Made by a program: the position numbers and the translations under genes. 64,000 nucleotides of DNA, from IMG/VR virus record IMGVR_UViG_3300020392_000008, positions 1 to 64,000 of that record; one strand, 5' to 3'. This document shows, in pieces, positions 51,576-62,340 of the stretch. The notes beneath the pieces were generated by a model, which saw nothing but the letters and a program-made list of their open reading frames with translations, ran no database searches and had not been told where the DNA came from. The DNA is from a virus. Each line of letters begins with the position of its first letter. Position 1 is the first letter of the stretch.

Positions 51576-54500
51576 GATGGTACAGAATAATTTTGCGCAA
51601 AGTTAGCATACATGTCTACTCCATCATAATAGAATACAACAGTATCTATTGCATTTGCCCCGGCGGATAGAGATATGGCTGTTCCTCCTGGCCATTTTAC
51701 ATTACCTCCAGTGAGTGTCCATGTATCTATTTCTACTGGGCTAGAACTCTTTTGCTTTATTTTTAAAAAGTATGTTCCTCCCTGTTTAGCATTATCAAAA
51801 GTTACTGCTACGGGACCTGTTGCATTTGCTAAATCTAAAGATTGACCATTACCGGTATCACAATCAAATACAGTGGCGTTATTTGCTACGGTCATGCTAC
51901 CTTGAGCAGCAGTTATTTGTCCATTCGATGCTTCTAAATTACCGTTTGGTATTTGTACATTATCATCTGTATCTATCTTTAACGTTGTAGTTGAAGGGGA
52001 TGGACTAGTAGTTATATCATCTCGTGTAATTTTTAAACAATCGTCACCGCCATCTGAATATAGCTGCCAACGTCTACCGTTAGCTTCATTAAATTGAAGA
52101 ACTGCGTAGCTAGATGTATTGGAATCTATTACAAATCTAGAATAGCCTCCGTTGCTTTCTAGTTTAGTAGTGATATTATTTGCGCTAAATACATGAAGAG
52201 GATATCCTGGAGTATCTGTTCCAATACCAAAATATTTGTTTGAATTATCCCATGTAAAATCAGTGTCTCCCTGTAACTCTCCCATTGTTCCGACAAAAAG
52301 CACTTTTTTGGCATCTGCACTACTTGATGAACTGCTTAACGTTTGACCAATATATGGTGCTCCATTTTCCCAACTTGCATTACCATTAGCATCACTTGTA
52401 AGTACGTAGCCATCTTCCTCAGTTCCATCTACTAGTTTTAATGCATAGTTATTTGTTCCACCTGTTACGGATATATCTATTCCTATATTAGTTGTAGCAT
52501 CCGTATCTATATTAATACTTTGGCCCCTTGATGTAGTAAGAGTCGCTCCATTTGTACTTTCTATTTCTATTTCATTACCTAGTATAGAAGTTGCTTGTGC
52601 ACCGGGATCTATATAAATCTTGCTACCTATGTTAATTGTTGCGTTTCCGCCAACGCTTATAAGACTACCCATTATACTATTTACGTAAGTATCTGACATA
52701 GTAGTAGAAACTCCATATACATTAGTTTGCCCAGTGTTATGTGCACCGCCGGAAGAATTCTTTATTAAATATTTTGATTGCAGAGAATTAACAGCATTAT
52801 TGCTATTCATTATACCTACTGCAGAACTTTTATTATTAGTTAAATCACTAGTTATACTATTTACTATACCCACGTTAGCGTTATTCACAGTGGTAGGTCC
52901 TGAATATCCAACGGTATTTCTTATTCCATAAGTACCTTCATTAGTTGCACCTTGGCTAAGGTCTGTATGTAAATCTAAAGCTACACTGTAATCGTTTTCT
53001 GGACTAAATCCACCCGCTACTTTTCTTATATCTACGCCTATTTCTTCACTATCACTACTAATTAAAAATAGTTTATTTGAAGATACATTAGCGCCTATTG
53101 CTACTCTTATTCCATCATCTTTTATGGTTCCAGTAGCTAAATTATTATTAACGTCTTCCCTAAGAGTAGTGTTTGCTGTTCCTCCTGTAATACTATCCCC
53201 TATTGTAAGGCTTCCTCCTGTTGGTATGGCCTGAGCTGATAGAATACCGGTAGCACTTGCTACTACCATTCTAGTACCTGTTCCAGAGAGACTTGACATT
53301 TCTATAATGCTGTCTTCGTCTATTACAAATCCCGTATCGGTGTTACCTGAAGAATCAGTCGTCAGCATTTGTATTTTATTTCCTGCTTCTTTATTTGCTA
53401 TTATAAGATTATCATTAGCTGTACTTCCATATCCTACATAGCCTTTTTCACCAGATCCATCATAAAATTCTAAATAGTTTTTACCAATGGCCTCGGTAGT
53501 TTCTAATTTAAGTATTGAACTAGAACCCTTAACATGAAGTTCTCTATCTGGAGCATTTGTACCTATACCTACGTTTCCTTCGGCATTTATTCTCATTCTT
53601 TCGCCTACTAAATCCTGAGGGTTAGCTCCTTCTAAGGATGGAGTTAATCCAGTTGCAGTTGCAAATATTATTGAACTATCAGCATTTGATGCCTGTATTC
53701 CACCTATATAACTCTTAACACCGCCTCCACCGCCACCGGTGGCGGTGTTTTCATTACTAAAGAACTCAATTTTACCTATAAATTGTTCCTGAAATGATGT
53801 AATGACAGTATCATTGTCTCTAAATCTTAATGTATTATCTAATGCATACGTATTTCCTGCTGAGTATAACTCTAATTTTGTAGCCGGGTTATAAGTTCCT
53901 ATACCTACTAGGCTTGAACCCATTACCATTTTAGCACGCTCTAGGTCTTGATTAGTTAGTTCTATTTCTAAATCCTGTGTTCCTCCAAAAGTAGATGCTG
54001 CAAGCGTTATAATATCTCCAGCTCTAAATCCGCTTCCCTGAGCTGTTTTGGCGTTGTTGCCGCCTGCAGATTGGTATCCACTGCTAACTAGTATTGAGGT
54101 TGCAATTCCTCCTGATATAACTACTGTTAATCTTAAACCTGTTGCGTCTACATTATTTACTGTAACCCCAGGCGTAACTCCAACTACTAGATTATCTATA
54201 TTTGTACTATCTGTTGCTCCATTAAAGTTTGTTGTAACTGATCCTATTAAATCTTTTCCAAATTCAATAGAACCAAGCGCTCTAACAGTCATTATAATAT
54301 CTCCAGCATTTGAATTAATATTTATAGATTCGCCGGCTTCTGGTCCAAGTGAATCTATTCCACCGGTATTGCTATCATCTAAACCATTATATGTATAAAT
54401 TCCAATTCGTCCTCCTTTTGACTGAATACTTAAATCTCCGCCCGCAGTGGTTGTCCCGGCGTTACCTGTTCTAATGTCAACTTTTCTTTTAGATTGTAAT

Positions 54501-56383
54501 ATTATATCTGAACCTGCCGCCCCGTAATTATAGGTATCAATAATATAAGTCCCTGTTAAATACCAAGATAAGGCACCTGACCATATTTGATTTCCATTCA
54601 TGTTTATTCTACCTCCTGAGTTTAAACTTATGTCTTTACCGCTTGGAGAGGTAAGAGTAATGTTTCCATCACCTGTATTTAAATTTATTCCATTACTTGT
54701 TCCACTAGTTTCTATTTTAAATGACCTAGTAGTTGATATACTACTGTCACTATATTCTGTATTCCAAGTAGCGCTGTTATTAGTTAAATTAATAACATCA
54801 GTAGAAGTATTATTTATGCCTAGTACTCCGTCTAAGCCTAGAGACTGTCCGCCCGTAGGTGTGCTTATCCACTTTAATTCACCTGAAGCATTTGCCTCTA
54901 ATATTCTACCGCCTGAAGCGTGTGCAGTAGTAATAGCTATTGAGTTAGGTAGCTGTATAGTGTAGCTAGCTGGAGAACCTCCTGTATGTTCAGGGCCTTT
55001 TATACCTACATGATGAGCCGCGTTAGATGCTTCGCAGTATAATTTAAGTAATCCATGATTACTACCGTCTCCTCTTAAACCTAATTCATATATAATATCT
55101 ACTTTAGTGGCTTTATCTGTAGTAAAAAAGCTACCTGCTCCAAATGCTCCAGTATCATTGTATTGTATTTCAGTATCATTACCAAAAGGAGTTCCTCCCC
55201 CTGTTCCAGTGGGCGTGTTTATCCAAGAGAGCTGGCCTGTAGCATCGGATTCTAATATTTGATTAGCATTAGCGGGGCCAGTTGGTGGTAGTGTTATATT
55301 ATAACTTACAGCATTGGTTGTAAGAGGACCATTTAATTGCACGAATTTTTGAGAATTAGTACAAAATAACCTTAGAGCACCCGCTGGACCATTTGTTGCG
55401 TTTTCACCATATATTTCTAACATTCCAGGGTATCCGACACTTCCTCCACCACCTGCTCCTATTCTTACTTTTTCCCAGGCGGTTGCTGATCCAATAGTGC
55501 CTGATCCTGGAATATAAACAAATTCATCAGATCCAGCGAACGTATTATTATCATTATATTGTATTTGAGTAGGCCCGCCTCCAGGAGAAGGTATTCCGCC
55601 TGTTATATCAGATGCAGTTATATTAGCCCAATTAGCTTTACCGCTCCCTGTATCTTTTAAAAATTTTCCACCTAACGTAGTTTGTGTTCCATCAGATAAG
55701 CGAACTGAGTAGCTCGTTCCTCCACCGCTACCTGGAGAAGCGGAAAACACTCCTCCTATGTTTTCCACTGTACCGTTATTTGCAGCGGCTTGAACACCTA
55801 TATTAGTACTCGCGGCACCTTGAGATGAAAATAATCCTGCTTTTGCTAAAGTTCCGGTATGTGTATTTATGATTCTTAAACCGTTGACTAAATTATCTTC
55901 TATATTTAAAGAAGACTGTGGGTTTAAAGCACCTATTCCAATTACGCTGCCATTGTCTAATAATGTACCTGTTGCTAAATTATTGTTAAGATCTTCCCTA
56001 AGAGTGGTGTTTGATACCCCACCGGTGATTGGGTCTCCAATATTAATTCCAACCCCAATTGTTCCATTTGATGCTGATGTAATTCTACCCTGAGCGTCTA
56101 CTGTAATATTTGCATTCGTATAAGAACCTGCTTGAACAGCAGTGTTTGCTAGATCTATTGTACCTGACCCAGTTATGGTTCCTCCATTTAATCCAGTTCC
56201 AGCTGTTATTGAAGTAACTGTACCGGAACCTTGTGAAGTTTGCCATGATATGTTTCCAAGCCCATCTGTTACTAAAGATTGACCCGCAATTCCATCAGTA
56301 ATTGGCATAGTAAAGGCTCCATTACCAATTGTTAATTCATCTACTGATAAGTTTATGTATTTTCTAGTAGTCTTTGGTGGCAT
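51572..56383 (-). CDS. Long modular tail fibre protein
   Basis: G/T/S-rich; GTVTSITAGTGLNGG, VDAQGRITSA, ERMRINAEGNVGIGT, YVLTSDANGNASW, VKWPGGT..AID. Confidence 0.88.
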   Translation of the reverse strand: MPPKTTRKYINLSVDELTIGNGAFTMPITDGIAGQSLVTDGLGNISWQTSQGSGTVTSITAGTGLNGGTITGSGTIDLANTAVQAGSYTNANITVDAQGRITSASNGTIGVGINIGDPITGGVSNTTLREDLNNNLATGTLLDNGSVIGIGALNPQSSLNIEDNLVNGLRIINTHTGTLAKAGLFSSQGAASTNIGVQAAANNGTVENIGGVFSASPGSGGGTSYSVRLSDGTQTTLGGKFLKDTGSGKANWANITASDITGGIPSPGGGPTQIQYNDNNTFAGSDEFVYIPGSGTIGSATAWEKVRIGAGGGGSVGYPGMLEIYGENATNGPAGALRLFCTNSQKFVQLNGPLTTNAVSYNITLPPTGPANANQILESDATGQLSWINTPTGTGGGTPFGNDTEIQYNDTGAFGAGSFFTTDKATKVDIIYELGLRGDGSNHGLLKLYCEASNAAHHVGIKGPEHTGGSPASYTIQLPNSIAITTAHASGGRILEANASGELKWISTPTGGQSLGLDGVLGINNTSTDVINLTNNSATWNTEYSDSSISTTRSFKIETSGTSNGINLNTGDGNITLTSPSGKDISLNSGGRINMNGNQIWSGALSWYLTGTYIIDTYNYGAAGSDIILQSKRKVDIRTGNAGTTTAGGDLSIQSKGGRIGIYTYNGLDDSNTGGIDSLGPEAGESININSNAGDIIMTVRALGSIEFGKDLIGSVTTNFNGATDSTNIDNLVVGVTPGVTVNNVDATGLRLTVVISGGIATSILVSSGYQSAGGNNAKTAQGSGFRAGDIITLAASTFGGTQDLEIELTNQDLERAKMVMGSSLVGIGTYNPATKLELYSAGNTYALDNTLRFRDNDTVITSFQEQFIGKIEFFSNENTATGGGGGGVKSYIGGIQASNADSSIIFATATGLTPSLEGANPQDLVGERMRINAEGNVGIGTNAPDRELHVKGSSSILKLETTEAIGKNYLEFYDGSGEKGYVGYGSTANDNLIIANKEAGNKIQMLTTDSSGNTDTGFVIDEDSIIEMSSLSGTGTRMVVASATGILSAQAIPTGGSLTIGDSITGGTANTTLREDVNNNLATGTIKDDGIRVAIGANVSSNKLFLISSDSEEIGVDIRKVAGGFSPENDYSVALDLHTDLSQGATNEGTYGIRNTVGYSGPTTVNNANVGIVNSITSDLTNNKSSAVGIMNSNNAVNSLQSKYLIKNSSGGAHNTGQTNVYGVSTTMSDTYVNSIMGSLISVGGNATINIGSKIYIDPGAQATSILGNEIEIESTNGATLTTSRGQSINIDTDATTNIGIDISVTGGTNNYALKLVDGTEEDGYVLTSDANGNASWENGAPYIGQTLSSSSSSADAKKVLFVGTMGELQGDTDFTWDNSNKYFGIGTDTPGYPLHVFSANNITTKLESNGGYSRFVIDSNTSSYAVLQFNEANGRRWQLYSDGGDDCLKITRDDITTSPSPSTTTLKIDTDDNVQIPNGNLEASNGQITAAQGSMTVANNATVFDCDTGNGQSLDLANATGPVAVTFDNAKQGGTYFLKIKQKSSSPVEIDTWTLTGGNVKWPGGTAISLSAGANAIDTVVFYYDGVDMYANFAQNYSVPS

Positions 56384-56430
56384 TTATTTAAGATTTATTT
56401 AGTTTATTTATCTAAATATATCTTTGTGGT

Positions 56431-57993
56431 TTATGACATAACTACAACTTTAATATTATTTTGAAATTTACTTTTAATTTCAATCTCATTAGGTCCTACT
56501 ATTCTGATTCTGCCTCCGCTAGCGATTTTTGTAGGATAGGGTGGGATATCCATATCCCATAACTCTACTAGTATGTCTTCTGTATTTAATTGATGAATAA
56601 TACTATCCCAAACTTGGCCTCCTGTTGAAAGATATTCTTCTACATATTTTTTACTATTTACCCATTCTTTTGTTACATATACATTATCATCTTGAGTATT
56701 TATAGCATCTGTAGAATCTCCTGCATTCCATACATTTTGTATATCTGTCCAAAACATATGATTTCCAAAAGTAGTATCGCCTTGATTTAAAGTATATGCA
56801 AGATTAGTTTTAACAAGTTCAAATTCACCAGTAGGGCTTTGATTATAAGTACCGTTATTTATTAAGCTACCATTTACTATAATTAATCTACCATTGTTAT
56901 CTACCGTAACCCCGGGTAATATTTCCATGTCTCCCCATACAATATACATTGCATGCTCAGGTATTTCTAAATCAGAAGTAATAGTATGCCATATACAGTG
57001 TTCATCTCCGGTTCCTCCTCCATATATTGGTATATTTAATACGCCGTTTAATAAGGTAGATGGGCCAGATGTTCCATTGGTAGTTAAACTCGTAACGCTC
57101 CCTCCGCTTCCTGTTCCACCGGCTGATAATATAACTATTCTTACACTAGACATATCTTGAGTCATAGTTACATCTATTGAGTTTAAATCATAATCATCTA
57201 TATGTCCATCTATTCTATCTCCGGTAACCGTGTCTATAAAATCTACAACCACACTGTCTGTCCCTAAACCATGTGTTATGGTTTTAGTAACATTAGATAC
57301 AAAGTTAGTTGTTTCAATGTAAGAAGCATTGTTTCCTCCGCCACCTCCGCCGCCACCGCAACATGTTAATCTAAATATTTCACCATTTTCATCAGTAAAA
57401 TAAAGATCTTGCGTAGTAGGCGTGTGAGTTGTGGCTAGGTTAGGGTTACCTATCCATACTATTCCACTACCTGGAGCCGGTGTTGGTGCTATTCCTGGAC
57501 TACCTGTAGTTTCAAGTAATGTAAGTCCATACATTACACCTCCATTTTCTGTTAAACTAACCCATCCTCTTCCATCTAAGTAGCCAATAAAGTCTTCTCC
57601 AAATTCAGGTCTTTGGTTTTGTATACCTGTGTATATTATTTCACCGGCTACTCCTACATCTGGCCAGTTTGGAAAATCAGTGTGTCTATATCTTTTTGCT
57701 TCAGCTACTTCAACTAAAAACGAGTTACCTTCAGCTCTTCCTTGTGAATCTATGTTAAATGTAGTTACGCCATTTAGTTTAACACTTAAATTATTATCTA
57801 CATTAATTTCTTTTACGTTAATGCTATCAAGCCCCTTAATGGCATTTGTAGTCTCATCATATTCAACATTATTTAAAAATTCAAGTAATGCAATAGATAA
57901 ATCATTAAAATTAAGGTTTGAAACCTCAATAATTGACCCTAGACTTGAATTAGTTAATCTTCTTATATTTGAAAGTTTGGAATATATAGCCAT
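56431..57993 (-). CDS. Tail fibre / appendage protein
   Basis: Poly-Gly linker; ITHGLGT and IIHQLNT motifs; VTSLTT; late promoter. Confidence 0.7.
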   Translation of the reverse strand: MAIYSKLSNIRRLTNSSLGSIIEVSNLNFNDLSIALLEFLNNVEYDETTNAIKGLDSINVKEINVDNNLSVKLNGVTTFNIDSQGRAEGNSFLVEVAEAKRYRHTDFPNWPDVGVAGEIIYTGIQNQRPEFGEDFIGYLDGRGWVSLTENGGVMYGLTLLETTGSPGIAPTPAPGSGIVWIGNPNLATTHTPTTQDLYFTDENGEIFRLTCCGGGGGGGGNNASYIETTNFVSNVTKTITHGLGTDSVVVDFIDTVTGDRIDGHIDDYDLNSIDVTMTQDMSSVRIVILSAGGTGSGGSVTSLTTNGTSGPSTLLNGVLNIPIYGGGTGDEHCIWHTITSDLEIPEHAMYIVWGDMEILPGVTVDNNGRLIIVNGSLINNGTYNQSPTGEFELVKTNLAYTLNQGDTTFGNHMFWTDIQNVWNAGDSTDAINTQDDNVYVTKEWVNSKKYVEEYLSTGGQVWDSIIHQLNTEDILVELWDMDIPPYPTKIASGGRIRIVGPNEIEIKSKFQNNIKVVVMS

Positions 57994-58036
57994 TTATCAG
58001 TCCTACTATTTTTTTTATTTATTCTAGAAAACATGA

Positions 58037-59365
58037 CTAATTATTACGTGATTTATTTATTAATTCAGTTTTACTATCTATCTTTGATTCTTGTGAAAAA
58101 TTGCCATTAAAAACTATGCAATTATATAAATCAGCATTTATGACTTTATCTAAGTCACTATAAATAGAAGAAGACTTTATTTCATTTAAATATCCTCCAT
58201 ACACACAATCGAATATTTTAGAATACTTAATATCGTTATTTGAATGTAAATTACTGTCTTTTATGTTAGAATTTCTAATTATGCATTGCTCAAAAAGACA
58301 ATCCTCTAAATCTGCTTCAATATTACAATTGAAAAAATCCATATTTGTTAAAGAAAAACCTTTTTTAATTTTTGCATCTTTAACCTGTATTCTTTTTCTA
58401 GCTGTATCAAAATTAATGATTGCTTTATTCATTTCACAACAAGATATTAGTTCAAATAATTTATTTCTTATAGTTTTATAATTAGATTCTATTAAGAAAG
58501 AATGTTTTTTTAAATCGACTAATATTTGAATATCTGGATATGAGTGTTTAAAAATATCATAAGACTTAGTATTGTCTATTGTAGATTGATATTTTTCTAA
58601 TATTTTTTGTATTTTTCTTTTTTCGTCTAAATCAAATGAAAAGTTATTTTTTAAAGTTTCATATAAATGTTTACATGTGTAATTTATTAACTCAACCGAT
58701 TCCTTTTTCTTTTTTTGATAATTTTTACCGCCTGCGTATTTTATGGAAATATATCCATTTTCAATATTTGAAAAGTCAGTACCAAAATTAGATGATCTTG
58801 GAAAATTATACTCCATGGGATTTGCTCTTTCAAGTAGATTTCCTGTGAGCCTACTGGAATAAAGTTTTTTTGGATATATAAACATGGCTTTACTTTGATG
58901 TATCTTTTGTTTTTCAGAAGAGGATTCTGGCCACATTTCAAATATGTTTTTTTCATTAATATTTAAAATATATTTAAACTTATTTAAGGTTTCTAATTTA
59001 TTCTTTAAACCTAAATCCATTTCATTAAGGGATATTTTAATATTTAGATTAGATCTACTATTTGTAAAACCATTTTCATTTATAAAGTTCATACATTTAA
59101 GCATTGTATGAATAGCTTCATGATATGGCATTAGGTCTATATCTATTCTATTCATTCTATGTCCTCCTTCAAAGTCAGGAGATACGTATATTGCTTCATC
59201 AACAAACTTAACATTGGAGGATTTCTCTAGAGGTATTACATTTTTGCCTAAATATTTACTTAGTTTTAGAGAAATCTTTTCTTTAGATAAAGGGGTAAAA
59301 AATTGAAATGTAAATCCGACATTAGTATTATCAAAAAGAAATTTATTTTCTATATTATTATACAC
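58037..59365 (-). CDS. Degenerate amidoligase (COOH-NH2 ligase type 2)-like protein with C-terminal beta-helix repeats
   Basis: VGFTFQF, PDFEGG, ENGFTNSRSNLNIKIS, YISIKYAGGKNY; C-terminal DC/NS pentad repeats. Confidence 0.6.
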   Translation of the reverse strand: MYNNIENKFLFDNTNVGFTFQFFTPLSKEKISLKLSKYLGKNVIPLEKSSNVKFVDEAIYVSPDFEGGHRMNRIDIDLMPYHEAIHTMLKCMNFINENGFTNSRSNLNIKISLNEMDLGLKNKLETLNKFKYILNINEKNIFEMWPESSSEKQKIHQSKAMFIYPKKLYSSRLTGNLLERANPMEYNFPRSSNFGTDFSNIENGYISIKYAGGKNYQKKKKESVELINYTCKHLYETLKNNFSFDLDEKRKIQKILEKYQSTIDNTKSYDIFKHSYPDIQILVDLKKHSFLIESNYKTIRNKLFELISCCEMNKAIINFDTARKRIQVKDAKIKKGFSLTNMDFFNCNIEADLEDCLFEQCIIRNSNIKDSNLHSNNDIKYSKIFDCVYGGYLNEIKSSSIYSDLDKVINADLYNCIVFNGNFSQESKIDSKTELINKSRNN

Positions 59366-59410
59366 GAGTAATGTTTTTTATTATTTATCCCATTATCGTG
59401 AATTTTTTTA

Positions 59411-59635
59411 CTAATTAACTATTTGTATAGATACTTCATCTTTATGAACCCATACTTCTTTCCCTGCCATAAACGCAGTTTCATCTAGTTGATCATACAA
59501 ATATGTTTTTGTAGGATATTTAGCTAGCTGATATACGCCCATTTCATATCTCCAAGCAAATTCAAATTCTTTTTTTACTATTAAGTCTGGTAAGGTGTCT
59601 AATTTATTGTTGTAATCTTTTATTATAACTTTCAT
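59411..59635 (-). CDS. Hypothetical protein
   Basis: 74-aa ORF. Confidence 0.6.
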   Translation of the reverse strand: MKVIIKDYNNKLDTLPDLIVKKEFEFAWRYEMGVYQLAKYPTKTYLYDQLDETAFMAGKEVWVHKDEVSIQIVN

Positions 59636-59700
59636 ACTTTAAAACTTTTATATATTATACTAAATAAAAAATAAAGATAAATAAAAAAAAATACACCTAA

Positions 59701-61362
59701 ATGGCTAAAACGGTTTCTAATTGGAAAATATTTAAATCTTTAGACTATTCTGTACAGATATTATTAAAACAAACCATAGATTATTTGTCAGGTAAGTTTA
59801 ACCAAAGTTTACAGGTTTTCACAGCAGCCAGTCCTTTTGGTCAAATTTTACTTGTTTTAGAAAATCTTAGTCAAATGATTTTTTACTACATCGAGGATTC
59901 TATAACTGAATTAAGTATGAAAGAGGCGACTAGAGTGTCTTCAATATATTCATTATCTACTTTAGCTGGTCATAGTCCTAGTAGAGCAATATCTGCAAAT
60001 GGAGAAATATCCCTTGTTACTACGTCTAATGCAGCAACGGCTGATTTTGATACTATTATAATACCTAATTTAAGTAAAATTAAATCTAGAAACAATGGGT
60101 TAAACTATATAATAAAATTACCTCAAGACGACATTAAATTTTCTATGAAAGGAAACAACAATGGACTTTCAATGAAAATATTACAGGGAAACATTGAAAC
60201 TCAAACATTAGTGGCGATTGGGCAAGAAATGGAAAGTTTTTCACTAAACTCAGCTCAAAATTATTTAGTTGATAATTATTTAGTAGACGTTTATGTAAAT
60301 GGAGAAAAATGGAAAAGGTATGATTCAATATTAGACATGCCCAGGGGAAAAAAAGGATACATAGTAAAAACAGGAATAACAACCGGCGTTGACATATTTT
60401 TTGGAAATGATTTTTTTGGAAAAGTACCTGCTAAAGGTTCAGAAATAAAAGTAGAATATTTAGTAAATAGTGGAGCATCTGGAAATATAATAACCGATCA
60501 AACTTCACAAGTATTATTTGATTGGTCAGATACAGGTTTTACGTTAACTGGAAACGAAGTAGATTTAAACGAATTCATCAAAATCAATACTGTCCATTCC
60601 CCTCAATTTGGAGCAAATCCAGAAGATTCAGAATTAACTAGATTATTGGCGCCAAAGCAGTCAAAAAGTTTTGCTTTAGTAAATATAGATCATTATGTAT
60701 CTATATTAAGAAGGTTAAAATTGTTTTCTGTAATAGATATTTTTCTTGACGAAAACGACAGTAGAATGCTAAATTTATTTTTAATACCTGACGTAACGAA
60801 GTTATTTAATTCTGGAAAAGATTATTTTAATATAGATTCAAATAGTTTTAAATTTAGCGAATTTAGAAAAAATGAATTACTTAGATATTTGAATATGACA
60901 GGGTCTAAATTAATATCTACAGATACCAAAATAGTAGACCCTATTATTAAAAAATATGTAATTAATATAAATACTATAGTATTCGATGACGTAGCAACTG
61001 AAATAATAAAAAAAGACATATATAATAATTTAGGTAATTATTTTATATCTAATAAAAGAAGAAAGAGAATACCTAAAAGTGACTTAATAAAAATTTTAGA
61101 AGAAATAGCTGGAATAGATTCAGTAAGTATTAATATAGTATCTGAAGATAATGAAGTGTCAATAATTCAAGACCCAAACGCAGACCTTATTGGAATTGAT
61201 GAATTTAATGACATTATCATAAAGGAATATGAGCTACCTATTATACAGGGAGGTTTTAAAGATAGATATGGAAATGAATATTCGCAAGGTATTTCCGAAC
61301 AGGCATTAGGTTCTGTAAATATACAAATAAAAAAAATAGTGCCTAGGCCACTTGAAAACTAA
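59701..61362 (+). CDS. T4 gp6-like baseplate wedge subunit
   Basis: ASPFGQILLVL, EATRVSSIYSLSTLAGH, IFFGNDFFGKVP, VEYLVNSGASGN, GANPED. Confidence 0.85.
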   Translation: MAKTVSNWKIFKSLDYSVQILLKQTIDYLSGKFNQSLQVFTAASPFGQILLVLENLSQMIFYYIEDSITELSMKEATRVSSIYSLSTLAGHSPSRAISANGEISLVTTSNAATADFDTIIIPNLSKIKSRNNGLNYIIKLPQDDIKFSMKGNNNGLSMKILQGNIETQTLVAIGQEMESFSLNSAQNYLVDNYLVDVYVNGEKWKRYDSILDMPRGKKGYIVKTGITTGVDIFFGNDFFGKVPAKGSEIKVEYLVNSGASGNIITDQTSQVLFDWSDTGFTLTGNEVDLNEFIKINTVHSPQFGANPEDSELTRLLAPKQSKSFALVNIDHYVSILRRLKLFSVIDIFLDENDSRMLNLFLIPDVTKLFNSGKDYFNIDSNSFKFSEFRKNELLRYLNMTGSKLISTDTKIVDPIIKKYVININTIVFDDVATEIIKKDIYNNLGNYFISNKRRKRIPKSDLIKILEEIAGIDSVSINIVSEDNEVSIIQDPNADLIGIDEFNDIIIKEYELPIIQGGFKDRYGNEYSQGISEQALGSVNIQIKKIVPRPLEN

Positions 61363-61607
61363 TGACAAAAGATAGTATATACAGAGCAGCATATAATAGA
61401 AGAAAAAAATTGCTTAATACCGGGTACCAGTATAAAGAAAATATCCTTAAAAATACTTTATCTAAGCAAATGTATGGAGTAAATGAAACATTAGATACTT
61501 TTTTAAAAAATATAAATGATGTAGTTTATGAAAACATTGAAGCTGTAAAAAACATAAAAATTTTTGCAAATCCAGCATTAGATAAGTACGAAAGGGATAT
61601 AAAATAA
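61362..61607 (+). CDS. Hypothetical (baseplate-associated) protein
   Basis: Translationally coupled to the gp6-like gene (TAATG). Confidence 0.65.
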   Translation: MTKDSIYRAAYNRRKKLLNTGYQYKENILKNTLSKQMYGVNETLDTFLKNINDVVYENIEAVKNIKIFANPALDKYERDIK

Positions 61608-61624
61608 AGTATTAAAATTTAAAT

Positions 61625-62335
61625 ATGCTTAAGGATAAAGACAATAGAAAGGCTTTAAAAAATGAAATCGAAAGCCTATTAAGTGGAATAAATCATGAAG
61701 AACATAGTGACCTAAACGTAGATTCAGAATTATTAGAAGAAACTAAAATAGAAAGCCCTTATGATTTTGATGAAATGACTAGAGAATTTAATCAAAAGGC
61801 AAAGGAAATAACAGATTCCTTATTTGAATATTATGTAGAGCTAGGTATCTTAGAGGAAAACAATTATATAAAGTTAAAAAAAGAAATGGACACCGTTAAT
61901 ATGTCTAATATTTTTTTTCAAATAAAAACACTAAAGATAACTATAACTAAAATAATGGAAGAAATTACAACCGGTAATACTGCTCCTCGTTTAATGGAAG
62001 TATTTGGTCAGCTTCAAGATAAGTTAAAAACCCTAGTTCAAACACAGGCTAATCACATGTTATTTTTAGAAGAAACCTATAAGAAAATAAACAATGATGA
62101 TCCTAAAAATTCGAATAACTCTTTAAACAATTCAAATCCAGAGGGAGAATTTTTTATATCAGTTGGAACAAAAACAATGGTAGAAAGTCTACCTGAAAAC
62201 TCGCCAGAGTATGAAATGAAAGATGATTTAATCAACCCATCTAATAAATCAGATTTAATGAAAGAAAATAACATAAAAATAAAAGGAGAAGAAAATGATG
62301 ATTCTGATTTTATAGATGTTACTGAAATAATTTAA
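61625..62335 (+). CDS. Putative terminase small subunit (gp16-like)
   Basis: APRLMEVFGQL matches the gp16-type PRxxEVxxQL motif; directly upstream of terL. Confidence 0.65.
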   Translation: MLKDKDNRKALKNEIESLLSGINHEEHSDLNVDSELLEETKIESPYDFDEMTREFNQKAKEITDSLFEYYVELGILEENNYIKLKKEMDTVNMSNIFFQIKTLKITITKIMEEITTGNTAPRLMEVFGQLQDKLKTLVQTQANHMLFLEETYKKINNDDPKNSNNSLNNSNPEGEFFISVGTKTMVESLPENSPEYEMKDDLINPSNKSDLMKENNIKIKGEENDDSDFIDVTEII

Positions 62336-62340
62336 AGCTT

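Noticed and set aside
51572-56383. DGR template/variable repeats or invertible fibre segments
   Set aside because: Repeats are in-frame protein modules without an evident adenine-specific pattern; no reverse transcriptase or invertase in the window
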